Shown: positions 1 through 9,621, numbered from the stretch's first letter. The stretch is DNA of 32,000 nt from Demequinaceae bacterium (GCA_965250005.1 OZ252279.1:60001-92000), one strand, 5' to 3'. Notes: a model not told the origin generated them from the sequence alone. A program made the numbers and translations.

Positions 1-195
1 CGTAAACACCGCGAAACTGGCCACCAGACCCGTTACCACCAGCACCGGGCGTCTCCGAGACGTCGCGCCATCCTGCACGCTTGACGTGAGGATTGCCGGG
101 AGCACAGGCAACACGCAAGGGGATACTGCGGTGATGATTCCGGACACGAGCCCAACAACGATGAGAGTGGTCACGTCTTTATCTTCGCGCTCCAA
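1..195 (-). CDS. ccdA: Cytochrome c biogenesis CcdA/DsbD-family membrane protein, N-terminal part only (gene runs off the left edge)
   Basis: My own minus-strand translation reads (L)EREDKD-VTTLIVVGLVSGIITAVSPCVLPVLPAILTSS...RRRPVLVVTGLVASFAVFT. SPCVLPxLP after a first TM helix is the CcdA/DsbD signature. The start is ambiguous (TTG at 195 or GTG at 174). An in-frame stop lies upstream at 220-222. Confidence 0.55.
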   Translation of the reverse strand, partial: MEREDKDVTTLIVVGLVSGIITAVSPCVLPVLPAILTSSVQDGATSRRRPVLVVTGLVASFAVFT

Positions 196-241
196 CGCCG
201 GGTGGATTGCTCCGGCGCCTCAATGGGTCGCTACCATCCGG

Positions 242-1531
242 CTACGCGTCCCGGGCGATGGGAGCAGTCATACAGTGGGCACCTCCCCGGCCGCGGCCCA
301 GTTCTGCGCCTGGGATCTCAATCACTTCGATGCCAGCAGCCCTCAATGCCGCATTGGTGTATGTGTTGCGGTCGTACGCGATGACGACACCCGGTTCGAG
401 GACAAACACGTTGTTGCCAGCGTCCCACTGCTCGCGCGCGGCGGTAGCCGGACTGCTACTTGCTGCGGGCCCGCCGGTCTCAACGACACGCAGTTTCTTC
501 ATGCCGAGCGCCTCGGCCACGACGCCGGCGAGCGGGCGACCCTCCGGCGTCTCCTCGATGCCTCCAGTATCCGTGGGCCGCAGGGAGAACGGTTCGATGG
601 CGTCCACGATGGGCGCGTAAGCGGTCGCGAGGTCACGGTCCGCGAGCGTGAACACCATGTCGAGATGCATGGCGGACCGCAGGCGCGGCAGGGGCGCGAC
701 GATCATGCGGGTGGCGGCGCCCGCGGCGAATAGCGCCGCTGCGGCCGACCTGGCGCCATGGAGACTGGTCCGTTCGGACGTGCCTATCAGCACAACGCCG
801 TCGCCCAGTACGAGCAGGTCACCACCCTCGAGAGTCACGGCGCCGGACAAGCCGTCGGCTCCCAATCCGGCCTCGCCCGCTGCCTGGCCAGTCTCGTGCC
901 CGGGCGCGTCCGCCTCGCTGCTACGCCACCATTCCTGTAGGCCGCCAGCAAGTCCCGGGTGGTACCGGTAGATGGCTGCCATCAGCGAAGACTCAGGCTG
1001 GCGCGCGGCGAAGTGGAATCTGTTGAGCATGATGCCGCCGTAGATCCAAGACGCGATATCGCGCGGGTACAGTGCATTGGGCAGCGGCGGAAGCACAAAC
1101 GGGTCCTTTGGGCGGCGTGCTGCGCGCAGGTCGCCAGGCAGTTCCGCCGTCGCTAGCCCGCCGACTACGTGGCGCGCAAGGGTGGCGGCGGGCATCTCGG
1201 TCAGAAACGCGCGAAGTTCGTCAGTGTCAGTGTCAGCAAGCGCACGGTCGAGCACCCGGGCGCGGGCGTTTGCGACCGCGAGGGTCTCCGCCAGAACGTC
1301 TTCGAACTCGAGCACCGCAATCCTGCGTTCGCGCATCGCGCCAACGAACGCCGCGTGATCTTTCCGCGCGCGATCCACCCAGAGGACGTCGTCGAACAGC
1401 AGGCTTTCGCAGTTGGCGGGAGTGAGGCGTTCGTGTGCCAGACCCGGCGCATTCACGAGCACGGTCCGCAGGCGCCCGACCTCGCTGTGCACGCCGAATT
1501 CGTGTGTGCCAACCCGCTCCGCTAAGGGCAC
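242..1531 (-). CDS. arcA: Arginine deiminase
   Basis: 429-aa ORF. The N-terminus [19 protein letters not shown] and the C-terminal catalytic block [15 protein letters not shown] are typical of arginine deiminase. GTG start at 1531 follows GAGAGGAGG (minus strand) with a 5-nt spacer. Confidence 0.9.
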   Translation of the reverse strand: MPLAERVGTHEFGVHSEVGRLRTVLVNAPGLAHERLTPANCESLLFDDVLWVDRARKDHAAFVGAMRERRIAVLEFEDVLAETLAVANARARVLDRALADTDTDELRAFLTEMPAATLARHVVGGLATAELPGDLRAARRPKDPFVLPPLPNALYPRDIASWIYGGIMLNRFHFAARQPESSLMAAIYRYHPGLAGGLQEWWRSSEADAPGHETGQAAGEAGLGADGLSGAVTLEGGDLLVLGDGVVLIGTSERTSLHGARSAAAALFAAGAATRMIVAPLPRLRSAMHLDMVFTLADRDLATAYAPIVDAIEPFSLRPTDTGGIEETPEGRPLAGVVAEALGMKKLRVVETGGPAASSSPATAAREQWDAGNNVFVLEPGVVIAYDRNTYTNAALRAAGIEVIEIPGAELGRGRGGAHCMTAPIARDA

Positions 1532-1606
1532 TGGCGCCTCCTCTCGACCTGTGCCGCGAGGGTATCATCGCCCGGCGCGTTCGCTGCAATGGCGACGCGG
1601 CTACAT

Positions 1607-3091
1607 CTAGCCAGCACCGTTGGGTGCCATTGCGTCGACGAGGTCGTTGACGCCAACCGAGGCAACCCTGACTCGACTGTCGCCAACGCCGTAGGGGATC
1701 CACAGCAGGTCGTCGTGCACAATCCCGCCGCATGAGTAGACAACATTCGGTACGTACCCTTCGCGGTCGCCGTCACCGTCAGGCTTGAGCAGCGGCTGCT
1801 TAAGGGACGCAATAACACGAGACGGATCGTCAAGGTCGAGCAGAATCGCGCCGATGGAGTAGCGGCGCATCGGTCCCACGCCGTGTGTCAGAACCAGCCA
1901 GCCGTGCTCAGTTTCTATCGGTGAGCCGCAGTTGCCCGTCTGGATGATCTCCCACAGCATCGTTGGGACGCGAAGTGGCTGAGGCTCGTCCCAGACGCGG
2001 CCGTGCAGTGACCGTGAGATGCCAAGGGACTCGCCGTCCGACCGCGTAAGGGCGAGCAACTCTCCCCCGACATGCCGTGGGAACAGTGCCATGCCCTTGT
2101 TCTTCGCGGCCGCTCCGGTGAAACGGTGGAGCTCAAACGTCACGAGGTCAGGGGAAACGATAAGGCGTGGAGATATGGCTCTGCCGTCGTAAGCGGTGTA
2201 GGTCGCCCGGTAAGCTGTTGTGCCGTCGGGGTACGTGCACAGCGTGAACCTTGCGTCCTCCATCCCGTTGATCTCGTCGTCGGCAAAGGGCATGAGCACC
2301 CGTTGCGACAACTCGCTGTCCGCTGGAAACGTCGCCTTGTACGCCGCTGACGCCAGGGCGCGCAGCCGGTCCAGGTGGCGGGCCGCGTCGTAGCGGTGCA
2401 GGAGCTCATGGGGCAAGTCACCAATGGCCCTCTCGAGATCACTTGCCTGGAAGAGTTCGGGCAGGGCACGCGCGACGGCGTGCGTGATCTCGCTCATTTT
2501 GCCACCCAGCTCCGCCTTCAGGGTGTGCATGAAGTGGTCCCGCACCCAGTGGGCGTTGCCGATGAGTGGCATCACTAACGGCAGGCGGCGCTCGCCGAAC
2601 TGCCACAGTGGTCCCGGCCCGATGACGGCGGAGATGAACTCCACCGACGAAATGTGGCCCTCGCCGATGCCCCTGAGCGCCACGGCGACGCGCAACTGCC
2701 CGGGCTCAAGGTCGGACTGGTCGGGGTGAGGGACGGCGCTCGGATTGCACAGCGCCGCGCCCTCGACGGCGTACTCCCTGGTGAATGCTGCGCCCATGAC
2801 TAGCTTGCGCGCGCTACTGAGAGTGAGCGCCTCTTCGCGATGGTAGGCGATGCTGTCCGCGTGACGGTGAAGTGCATCCGTGAAGTGGTCAACGCCGCCT
2901 GTGAACGAATCCACGATGTGCTTTGCCTCGGCCTCGGCCTCAGGTTCGGAGAGGGCGAGCACCCGTTCCGCGATCTCGGAGACACGGGAGACACCCTCGT
3001 GGGTTTCCTCGCCTGGCAGGAACAACCGCAGCGCGATGCGTGTCGTGTCAGGGACGAGAAGCTGCCCGGAGTCGCTTGTGTGAACGGTCAT
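1607..3091 (-). CDS. GH130-family glycoside phosphorylase/hydrolase-like protein (DUF377-type beta-propeller) with a ~190-aa N-terminal extension
   Basis: 494-aa ORF. The C-terminal ~300 aa (FADDEINGMEDARF...YTAYDG...NKGMALFPR...GWLVLTHGVG...YSIGAILLDLDDPSRV...VPNVVYSCGG...YGVGDSRV) match my recollection of GH130/DUF377 proteins. Its ATG (3091-3089) overlaps the upstream TGA (3090-3088) as ATGA. Confidence 0.75.
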   Translation of the reverse strand: MTVHTSDSGQLLVPDTTRIALRLFLPGEETHEGVSRVSEIAERVLALSEPEAEAEAKHIVDSFTGGVDHFTDALHRHADSIAYHREEALTLSSARKLVMGAAFTREYAVEGAALCNPSAVPHPDQSDLEPGQLRVAVALRGIGEGHISSVEFISAVIGPGPLWQFGERRLPLVMPLIGNAHWVRDHFMHTLKAELGGKMSEITHAVARALPELFQASDLERAIGDLPHELLHRYDAARHLDRLRALASAAYKATFPADSELSQRVLMPFADDEINGMEDARFTLCTYPDGTTAYRATYTAYDGRAISPRLIVSPDLVTFELHRFTGAAAKNKGMALFPRHVGGELLALTRSDGESLGISRSLHGRVWDEPQPLRVPTMLWEIIQTGNCGSPIETEHGWLVLTHGVGPMRRYSIGAILLDLDDPSRVIASLKQPLLKPDGDGDREGYVPNVVYSCGGIVHDDLLWIPYGVGDSRVRVASVGVNDLVDAMAPNGAG

Positions 3092-4182
3092 GGTGCGGTC
3101 CTCGCTATGCCAATGCGGCGCGCGTGCTGGCGGGTGGTGAGCGCGGCAAGTGTGGATTCAGCCCCGCAGTTGGTATTCGGCCCGGTGGGGGTGAGGCCGT
3201 CGAAGCCAGCGCCGGTGGAGGTGTTCACCATGGGCGTGGAGGAGTCGTTGTGGCCAAGGAACCAGTCCCACGCAAGGCCGACGGCATCCCGCCAGCGGGC
3301 CTCGCCCGTCACCGCGAACGCGCGCGCGCACGCGCTCGCCAGAGACTCGACCTCGATGGGCTGCTGGTCGAACTGGGGGCTCGCGTGGCCGGGATCCCGG
3401 CCGTTGCAGCCGGTGACCGACAGGCGGCCGTCGGCGGTCTCCACCTCGAGGAGAAAATCTAGTAAGTACACTCCGTGCTCGACCGCAAGCGCGTTACCTG
3501 TGGCGGTGCCGCCCGCGATGAGCGCCTCCGGGATCGCGCCGTTCGCGTAGCGAAGCCGGGCTTCGGGCCACGGCCAATCGGGCGTGCGGACACGTGGAAC
3601 GATGGAGGTGGCTTGCGCTGCGATGTACCTGGCGGCCATCGTGGTCGAGTAAGCAGCGACCGCTTCTGCAGCGCCGATGCTGGCGTACATTTGCGCGCGG
3701 AGGTCGGCCGTTTTCCAACGTGCGGCGCGCTTGAACGCGTGGAGCGCGCGCACCCGCGCGGCGCTGCCGTGAGCGTGGGCGGCGGCAACACCTAGCCCGT
3801 AGACGGCCCTACCCCACCAGTCGCCGCCGGCGGGGACGTCGGTCCAACTTCCGCGCGGACTCATCCTGTTGTGCGCGCTCCCGTCGCCACGGATTGCGGA
3901 TGCCACGAACGTCAGGTACGTGTCCGTGAGCGCCTTCAACTGGCTGACTACTTTGGGGTCTGTCTTGCCTCTTGCCGTGCCGTCCGCCGTGCCGTCGTTC
4001 GCACCGGTGATGTCGGCGCACTCGCGCACCGTGTAGACGAGCGCACGAGCAGCGTCGTCTACGCAGTAACCGTGCGATTTGTTCGGTCGTGTACCGATTG
4101 CGTGCTCAAAGATTCCCCGGCTGTCGGTGAGCCGGGTCAGGTGATCGAGGGGGAGTTCTGCCATCCTTAGTGCGGCGTCCAC
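3088..4182 (-). CDS. Hypothetical protein, middle gene of the GT4-GH130 operon; function unknown, possibly an alpha/alpha-toroid-like glycan-processing protein
   Basis: 364-aa ORF overlapping both neighbours: TAGTG with the GT4 stop at 4182, and ATGA at 3088-3091. No catalytic motif recognised. Alternative start ATG at 4164. Confidence 0.65.
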   Translation of the reverse strand: MDAALRMAELPLDHLTRLTDSRGIFEHAIGTRPNKSHGYCVDDAARALVYTVRECADITGANDGTADGTARGKTDPKVVSQLKALTDTYLTFVASAIRGDGSAHNRMSPRGSWTDVPAGGDWWGRAVYGLGVAAAHAHGSAARVRALHAFKRAARWKTADLRAQMYASIGAAEAVAAYSTTMAARYIAAQATSIVPRVRTPDWPWPEARLRYANGAIPEALIAGGTATGNALAVEHGVYLLDFLLEVETADGRLSVTGCNGRDPGHASPQFDQQPIEVESLASACARAFAVTGEARWRDAVGLAWDWFLGHNDSSTPMVNTSTGAGFDGLTPTGPNTNCGAESTLAALTTRQHARRIGIARTAP

Positions 4183-5333
4183 TAGGCCACCACGTGTGCT
4201 GTCAAAGTCTGCGCGAGCTTTCGGTAGCGTTCACCCACACGAGTCCACCGAGTGTGCTGTGCACCGAGAGTCCCCGCGCGGGCCATGCGTTCAGCGGTTC
4301 CCGGCCCCGTGAGAACCTCCCGTATTGCCCGGCTCATCGCGCTCGCGTCCCGATGGGGGACCACTATGCCCGCGCCAGATTCGAGCAGCTCGATCGCGTG
4401 TGGGAAGCCAGTCGCGACAACTGGTTTGCCGGCCGCGACGGCTTCCGCCAAGACTCCCGACGTCACCTGGTTGGTCGAGTCGTAGGGGAGGAGCACCACG
4501 GCTGCTCCGTTCACGGCGCGGGCGAGCGCCTCGCTATCCAAGTACGTGTCGTCGATATGGATGTGGCTGACCAGGCCGAGTGTGTGCACCATTTGGTGGA
4601 GGTGATGGCGGTAGGCGTCGCCGTCATTCGCGAGCACCTTGGGGTGGGTTTCTCCCAACACCCGGTAGATCGGCCGTGGCTCGATGTCGCCCAGGCTAGC
4701 CATGGCGAGGATGCCCCATTCGATCCCCTTGCCGGGACCGAGCAGGCCCCACGTCAGCACTACTGGCGCCGACGGCTCGTCGGTTGCTGCTGCGCGCGTG
4801 GTCTTCGTGCCGGACACCGCCGCCACGGTGGTAGCGCCGTGGGGAATGACGCGGACGTGGTGGGAGCCCACGCCGTAGAGGTCTGTCAGCAAGTGCCGGG
4901 CAGCGTTGGTCATCACCACGGTCGCCGACGCGAGACTCGTCAATTGCTCGAGAACTTCGCGTTGGTGCGCCGAAGGATCAGCTAGCACCGTGTGCATGGT
5001 GACGATGGCCGGCACGTCCAGACGCCGGATAACGTCAACGACCTCATCCCCGTCCGGGCCACCGTAGATTCCGTATTCGTGCTGTATCACTGCGACGTCG
5101 GCCGTGTTGAGGGCGGTGATCGCGTGGTCTCGGCTGCGTGCGTCGCCTCGGCGCATCGACGCGACGACCGGAAGGGTGGGGTCACCGGCCGTGCGCTCCT
5201 CGTCCTGCTCTACCAAGCGGACGATGAACGAGTGGTCCCGGGGGGTAGTCATGGACGTTGCGAGCGCGGCCGTGAAGGTCGCAATGCCGCATCGTGTTGG
5301 CGGAAATGTGCCAAGGAACCCGAATCGCGCCAT
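4182..5333 (-). CDS. Glycosyltransferase family 4 (GT-B, group 1)
   Basis: N-terminus MARFGFLGTFPPTRCGIATF and the C-terminal half (VVLLPYDSTNQVTSGVLAEAVAAGKPVVATGFPHAIELL) are typical of GT4. I place the start at ATG 5333 because GGGAGG (5345-5340, minus strand) sits 6 nt upstream. The ORF track begins at TTG 5348, inside that SD. Confidence 0.85.
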   Translation of the reverse strand: MARFGFLGTFPPTRCGIATFTAALATSMTTPRDHSFIVRLVEQDEERTAGDPTLPVVASMRRGDARSRDHAITALNTADVAVIQHEYGIYGGPDGDEVVDVIRRLDVPAIVTMHTVLADPSAHQREVLEQLTSLASATVVMTNAARHLLTDLYGVGSHHVRVIPHGATTVAAVSGTKTTRAAATDEPSAPVVLTWGLLGPGKGIEWGILAMASLGDIEPRPIYRVLGETHPKVLANDGDAYRHHLHQMVHTLGLVSHIHIDDTYLDSEALARAVNGAAVVLLPYDSTNQVTSGVLAEAVAAGKPVVATGFPHAIELLESGAGIVVPHRDASAMSRAIREVLTGPGTAERMARAGTLGAQHTRWTRVGERYRKLAQTLTAHVVA

Positions 5334-5444
5334 CGCAGTACCTCCCAATGCTGGGGAACGCCCCAGTGCACTTGGCCAGCGGGGAGAATCCCGCTCGCCA
5401 AGTCGCGCTCCGCGTGTGCAGCGCGATAGATGCGCTTCGCTTTC

Positions 5445-5493
5445 GAGTCTAGACTCCAGCCGCCGCCGGCGCGACCGGAACTACGACCGGAAC
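5445..5493. promoter_or_regulatory. Candidate operator region: perfect 12-bp palindrome plus a 12-bp-phased direct repeat
   Basis: GAGTCTAGACTC at 5445-5456. CGACCGGAAC at 5472-5481 and again at 5484-5493. All lie in the 192-nt gap between the MBL hydrolase stop (5526) and the GT4 start (5333). Confidence 0.3.
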
Positions 5494-5525
5494 CGGGGCC
5501 CCGAGTAGCGTGTGCCGCGCGGCAG

Positions 5526-6323
5526 CTAGACCGAGACCGTCTCTCCCAGAGGGGCAACAATTCGCGTCGCGGCGACGGGAGGCTGGGCGAACGCGCGGGC
5601 TATGTCCGGCTCCGACTCCTTGAAGTGGCTCCAGCCGTCTGAGTGAACCACAAGCGTCTTGGGAAGCCCAAGTGTCGCGACGGCCCGAGCCACCTGGATG
5701 GCCGTCATGCAAAACGGGATAGGGCCGGTGGCGCCAAAGCGCGGGTTGCCCGCGTGCATGATGGCGACGTTGACGGAGAAGCGCTCCGCCACCTGCCTGG
5801 TCGCCTTGGATGAGACGTTATCGCCGCTGACATACAGCGTCGGGTGGCCGGGCGCTTGAAGAACGAAGCCAGTGACTGGCCCCGTGATGAGCGCCACCGG
5901 TCCGTGCGCGTGGCGAGCAGGGGCAGCAGTGACGGTGACGGTGACCCCGCCAGGCGCGTCGAGCGTGGTGGTTTCCCATGTAGCGAGCCCTACCGAGCCG
6001 GGCAGGTGCTTGGCGGCCGAGGGATTGGTGACGACTTTGCCGGCGCCGTCGGCGATCAGGCTCTTGGCTAGGGCGCGGCCAGCCTTGTCGAAGTTGTCCG
6101 CATGGGTGTCGTGGGACACGAGCACCGCGTGGACGTCGCCTAGGGCGTCGGCGGCGATCGCGGTCTCGGTGGTTTTGCTCACCGGGAGCAGTCCGCTGAC
6201 TTTGTACTTGCTGCCAGCCGGATCGAACGCGGGATCGCTTACGATGCGCAGCCCGGCGTAGTCGACGACGACCGTGGGGCCACCCAGGTGGGTGAGGGCT
6301 ACCTGCAGTTTCTTTGAGGGCAT
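5526..6323 (-). CDS. MBL-fold metallo-hydrolase
   Basis: MPSKKLQVALTHLGGPTVVVDYAGLRIVSDPAF...VHAVLVSHDTHADNFD...VHSDGWSHF follows the beta-lactamase-fold pattern (a degenerate HxHxD region plus a late His). I chose ATG 6323 rather than the upstream 6392 start, whose extra 23 aa look non-coding. Confidence 0.7.
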   Translation of the reverse strand: MPSKKLQVALTHLGGPTVVVDYAGLRIVSDPAFDPAGSKYKVSGLLPVSKTTETAIAADALGDVHAVLVSHDTHADNFDKAGRALAKSLIADGAGKVVTNPSAAKHLPGSVGLATWETTTLDAPGGVTVTVTAAPARHAHGPVALITGPVTGFVLQAPGHPTLYVSGDNVSSKATRQVAERFSVNVAIMHAGNPRFGATGPIPFCMTAIQVARAVATLGLPKTLVVHSDGWSHFKESEPDIARAFAQPPVAATRIVAPLGETVSV

Positions 6324-6425
6324 GCGAAGGATTCTACTGGCACCGCTGCCGCCAGTGTGGGTGCCCCAATAAGATGTGGCACCGCTAAGCATGCGCCTTG
6401 CCCTCGCTGACGATAGCGTTGTTAT

Positions 6426-6830
6426 ATGGGACTTTTCAGCCGAAGTGGACGTGGCCGACGCTCTAAGGAATCAGCAAAGTTCGAGCGCTCGAGGCTCGAC
6501 GGGATCCGCTATAAGGAGATGGAGGTGGTGGCCGCTTTGCAGGGCATGGGCGCGGATATCCACGCCCCTCGGCACGTGATGTTCTTCCTGCACATGCCGA
6601 CTGAGGCCGCGAGTCAGGTGTGCGTGGCCAACCTTAGCGCGCGTGGGCATCAGGTGCGAACCATCGTGCCCGAGGGCAGGGTCAGGTACTGGACGTGCGT
6701 CGCGGAGACCCGCAACCGGGCGATCATTCCTGACTTCCTGCGCGACACCGTGGACTACTGCGAGGCGTTGGCGCTAGAGCATGGCGGCGAGTTCAACGGC
6801 TGGGAGGCGGGCCTGGCCGCTGATGAGTAG
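6426..6830 (+). CDS. RraB-like (regulator of ribonuclease activity B family) protein
   Basis: 134-aa ORF. HVMFFLHMPTEAAS...LSARGHQV...YWTCVAE...LALEHGGEFNGWEAG resembles the RraB/DUF1260 fold, with the terminal GGxYDGWE-like motif. Confidence 0.6.
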   Translation: MGLFSRSGRGRRSKESAKFERSRLDGIRYKEMEVVAALQGMGADIHAPRHVMFFLHMPTEAASQVCVANLSARGHQVRTIVPEGRVRYWTCVAETRNRAIIPDFLRDTVDYCEALALEHGGEFNGWEAGLAADE

Positions 6831-6881
6831 GCCGCCAGCCACGCGAACAGTTCGGCCTAGGTACTCACGATTGCGGCCTAG

Positions 6882-8309
6882 CTACGCACGGTTGCGAATC
6901 CCCGCCCACGAGACGGCCCCGGCTGCCACCAGCGCGACCGCCGTGACTACTGCAGCTCGGTGGAACCCGTCCAGATCCAGTTGCCCGCCAACGATGCTGC
7001 CCACGAGCGCGACCACCACCAGGCCAGCGACGCGTGACACGGCGTTGTTGATGGCCGATGCGATGCCGGATCGGGCCGTGTTGATCGCGCCTAGGATCGC
7101 CGACGTCAGTGGCGAAACCGTGAGCGCCATGCCTACGCCCACCAGCAGCACGCCGGGGAACACCTGGGTCCAGTAGTTGAAGTCCTCGGCCACGCTCAGC
7201 GTGAGCAGCACGCCCGCGGCGGCCACGATGGGCCCTACCGTCATGAAAATGCGCGGTCCGAAGCGTCTCGCCAACGCGCCCACCGGGGAGCTCAGCATGA
7301 TCAGCATGACGACGATCGGCAAAGTCGCGAGTCCGGCATCAACCGCGCTTAGGCCCGCGCCCTCCTGCAGGTATACGGCCATGACGAACGACACCAGTGA
7401 GAGCCCGCCGTATACGAGTGCGGTCGCCACGTTGCCCCAGCCAAAGTTGCGGATGCGGAATAGGCCTAGCGGCATCATCGGGTGTGCGGCGCGGGCTTGG
7501 TGGACAAGGAACGCGATGATCGCGGCCACGCCGATCGCACCGGGGATCCAGATGGTGGGGTCGCTCGCGCCGTGCGTTGGCAGCTCGATGAGCGCGTACA
7601 CGGCGCCGCCCAGGCCTACGGCGCCGAGTACGGCACCCAAGAAGTCGATGCGCGTATCGGCCAGGCGAGTGTCGCGCTGGGTGAGGCGCGGGAGCAGCCA
7701 GATCACGGCCGCGGCGGGAATCAGGTTGATCACGAACGCCCATCGCCAAGACGCATGTTCCACAAACAGTCCGCCCAGAATCGGGCCGAATACGAACGCG
7801 GCCGAGGTGATTGCGGTCCACGTGCCGATGGCCTTCGCCTGGGCGGCGCCGCGGAAACTCGACATGATCAGGGCGAGCGAGCTGGGAACTAGCAGGGCGC
7901 CCGCGGCGCCCTGGAGCAGCCGCGCCACGATCAGCAGTGGCGCCGACGGCGCGACCGCCACCGCGAGGCTGGCGAGCCCGAACGCGATGGCGCCGATGCG
8001 CAGCACCCGGATGCGCCCGTACACGTCGCTCACGGACCCCGCGACCAGGATGAGCGCGCCCAAGGTAATGAGGTACGCGTCCACCACCCATTGCTGCAGG
8101 GCGATGCCGCCGCCCAGCTCGTCGGCGATCGCCGGCAGCGTCACATTCACCACGGTGCCGTCGAGGAATGTGACGAACGAGGCCACGATCGCGATGATGA
8201 GGACGAGGCGCTGCTCGCGGGTGGGGGAGCGCTTTGTGGGCGGCTCGGTTGCGGGCTTCTCTTCCGGTCCGGACTTGGGCGCGGCGGATTCCGTGGGCGA
8301 GGGCATCAC
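6882..8309 (-). CDS. MFS transporter, DHA2 (EmrB/QacA-like, ~14 TMS) family
   Basis: 475-aa, very hydrophobic ORF. LDGTVVNVTLPAIADELGG...WVVDAYLITLGALILVAGSVSDVYGRIRVL is the classic DHA2 N-terminal signature. Confidence 0.9.
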   Translation of the reverse strand: MMPSPTESAAPKSGPEEKPATEPPTKRSPTREQRLVLIIAIVASFVTFLDGTVVNVTLPAIADELGGGIALQQWVVDAYLITLGALILVAGSVSDVYGRIRVLRIGAIAFGLASLAVAVAPSAPLLIVARLLQGAAGALLVPSSLALIMSSFRGAAQAKAIGTWTAITSAAFVFGPILGGLFVEHASWRWAFVINLIPAAAVIWLLPRLTQRDTRLADTRIDFLGAVLGAVGLGGAVYALIELPTHGASDPTIWIPGAIGVAAIIAFLVHQARAAHPMMPLGLFRIRNFGWGNVATALVYGGLSLVSFVMAVYLQEGAGLSAVDAGLATLPIVVMLIMLSSPVGALARRFGPRIFMTVGPIVAAAGVLLTLSVAEDFNYWTQVFPGVLLVGVGMALTVSPLTSAILGAINTARSGIASAINNAVSRVAGLVVVALVGSIVGGQLDLDGFHRAAVVTAVALVAAGAVSWAGIRNRA

Positions 8310-8580
8310 GTCAGGTTACGTCGGAAGTGAGGATCGGTAGTCCCGCTCATGGCCGTCTGGTTTCCACTGGGGCCTCGAATGGGAGCATGCAGAAAGGTGG
8401 AGGCGATGGGCTCTGCGGGACGCGATGCCTAGGACGAAAAACGGGGCGCGTTGGCCGGGGCGCGCGGTGCGGGGATGGGCCCTCTTTCGGGACGGCCACG
8501 CGGCCGTCGTCAGCGTGCACGGACAAGTCGGCTAGCGGGCACGGAACTCAGGGCGGCCCACCCAACGCTCGCGCTCCGCT

Positions 8581-9537
8581 ATGCGTCTACCTAGTATGAA
8601 CACTATGAACACTATGAACACAGGTATTGACACCGCCCCGCGCCGCACCCGCCGCGCCGCCGTTATCGCCTCACTAGTCGCCGTTGCGGGAGTGCTGGCA
8701 GGTTGCTCCGCGGGCAGCGGCGATTATGCAGACGCCAACTATGCAGACTTGGCAGGCGGCGCGGCCTACGCCGATGAGGCGGCCGCCGAGGTCGCCGACG
8801 TCAACCGTTCATCGACCGACAACCGCTCCGTGATCATCACGGGCACCATGTATATGACCGTCGAGGACCCGATCGTGGCAGCCGACCGCGCAGCGGGCAT
8901 CGTTCAGAACGCGGGCGGACGCATCGACGCACGCAGCGAGACCGCGCCCGATGAGCATTACGCCGGCTCGGCCTCGCTCACGCTGCGGATCCCCTCGGAC
9001 CACCTCGACGCGGTGGTCAACAGCCTGCGCAAGCTGGGCACGGTGGACCAGTTCAGCACCGACTCCTACGACGTCACGGTCGAGGTGACAGACCTCGAGG
9101 CCAAGATTTCGACGCTGCGCGCCTCGACCGAACGCATCGAGGCCCTGCTGCTGGAAGCCAAAGATATTTCCGACATCATCACGCTCGAAAACGAGTTGGA
9201 CGGCCGACAAGCGGAGCTCCAGAGTCTCGAGGCGCGGCAGCGAGGCCTCAACGACCAAGTGTCGATGTCCACGATCGGCCTTTCGCTCACTACCGAGCCG
9301 GTCGTGATCATCGACGACGCGCCTGAGACGTTCTGGGACGCCCTAGAGTCCGGCTGGGACTCGCTCGTGGCATTCCTCTCGGGTGCGCTGATCATTGTCG
9401 GGGTGCTACTGCCCTCGATCGCACTGATCGCACTCGTCACGGCCGCGGTGGTCGCCGCGCTCCGCGCCAAGAAGTCCAGTGTCGCTCGCCGAGCCGCCGC
9501 GTCGGCCCCCAAGCCCGCCACCAGCAAGGGCAAGTGA
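8581..9537 (+). CDS. DUF4349-domain lipoprotein
   Basis: Signal/lipobox VAGVLAGCSAG, then a coiled-coil core (DLEAKISTLRASTERIEALLLEAKDISDIITLENELDGRQAELQSLEARQRGL) and a C-terminal TM segment, which is the DUF4349 layout. The start is uncertain: four in-frame ATGs lie between 8581 and 8616. Confidence 0.7.
   Translation: MRLPSMNTMNTMNTGIDTAPRRTRRAAVIASLVAVAGVLAGCSAGSGDYADANYADLAGGAAYADEAAAEVADVNRSSTDNRSVIITGTMYMTVEDPIVAADRAAGIVQNAGGRIDARSETAPDEHYAGSASLTLRIPSDHLDAVVNSLRKLGTVDQFSTDSYDVTVEVTDLEAKISTLRASTERIEALLLEAKDISDIITLENELDGRQAELQSLEARQRGLNDQVSMSTIGLSLTTEPVVIIDDAPETFWDALESGWDSLVAFLSGALIIVGVLLPSIALIALVTAAVVAALRAKKSSVARRAAASAPKPATSKGK
8596..8622 (+). repeat. Three tandem copies of a 9-bp unit ATGAACAC(T/A), encoding (MNT)x3 at the DUF4349 N-terminus
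   Basis: Read directly: atgaacact (8596-8604), atgaacact (8605-8613), atgaacaca (8614-8622). In frame with ATG 8581. Confidence 0.95.
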
Positions 9538-9621
9538 CCGCCGCCAGTAGTTTTACTTTGCGCGCGAGTACTGGGAGCACGGCACACGCATGCGCCCTCT
9601 GCCCCCTATTGAGGAAAGTGA

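Noticed and set aside
86-733. 215-aa plus-strand ORF, with several other nested ORFs at 200-1700.
   Set aside because: They are antisense or out of frame to arginine deiminase, whose catalytic motifs are unambiguous.
7177-8340. 387-aa plus-strand ORF.
   Set aside because: It is entirely antisense to the well-supported MFS transporter gene, and its Ser/Ala/Pro/Arg-rich composition has no motifs.
8491-8508. Hairpin GACGGCC-ACGC-GGCCGTC in the divergent MFS/DUF4349 intergenic region.
   Set aside because: GC-rich 7-bp inverted repeats are expected by chance in this composition. There is no adjacent regulator gene and no U-tract to give it meaning.
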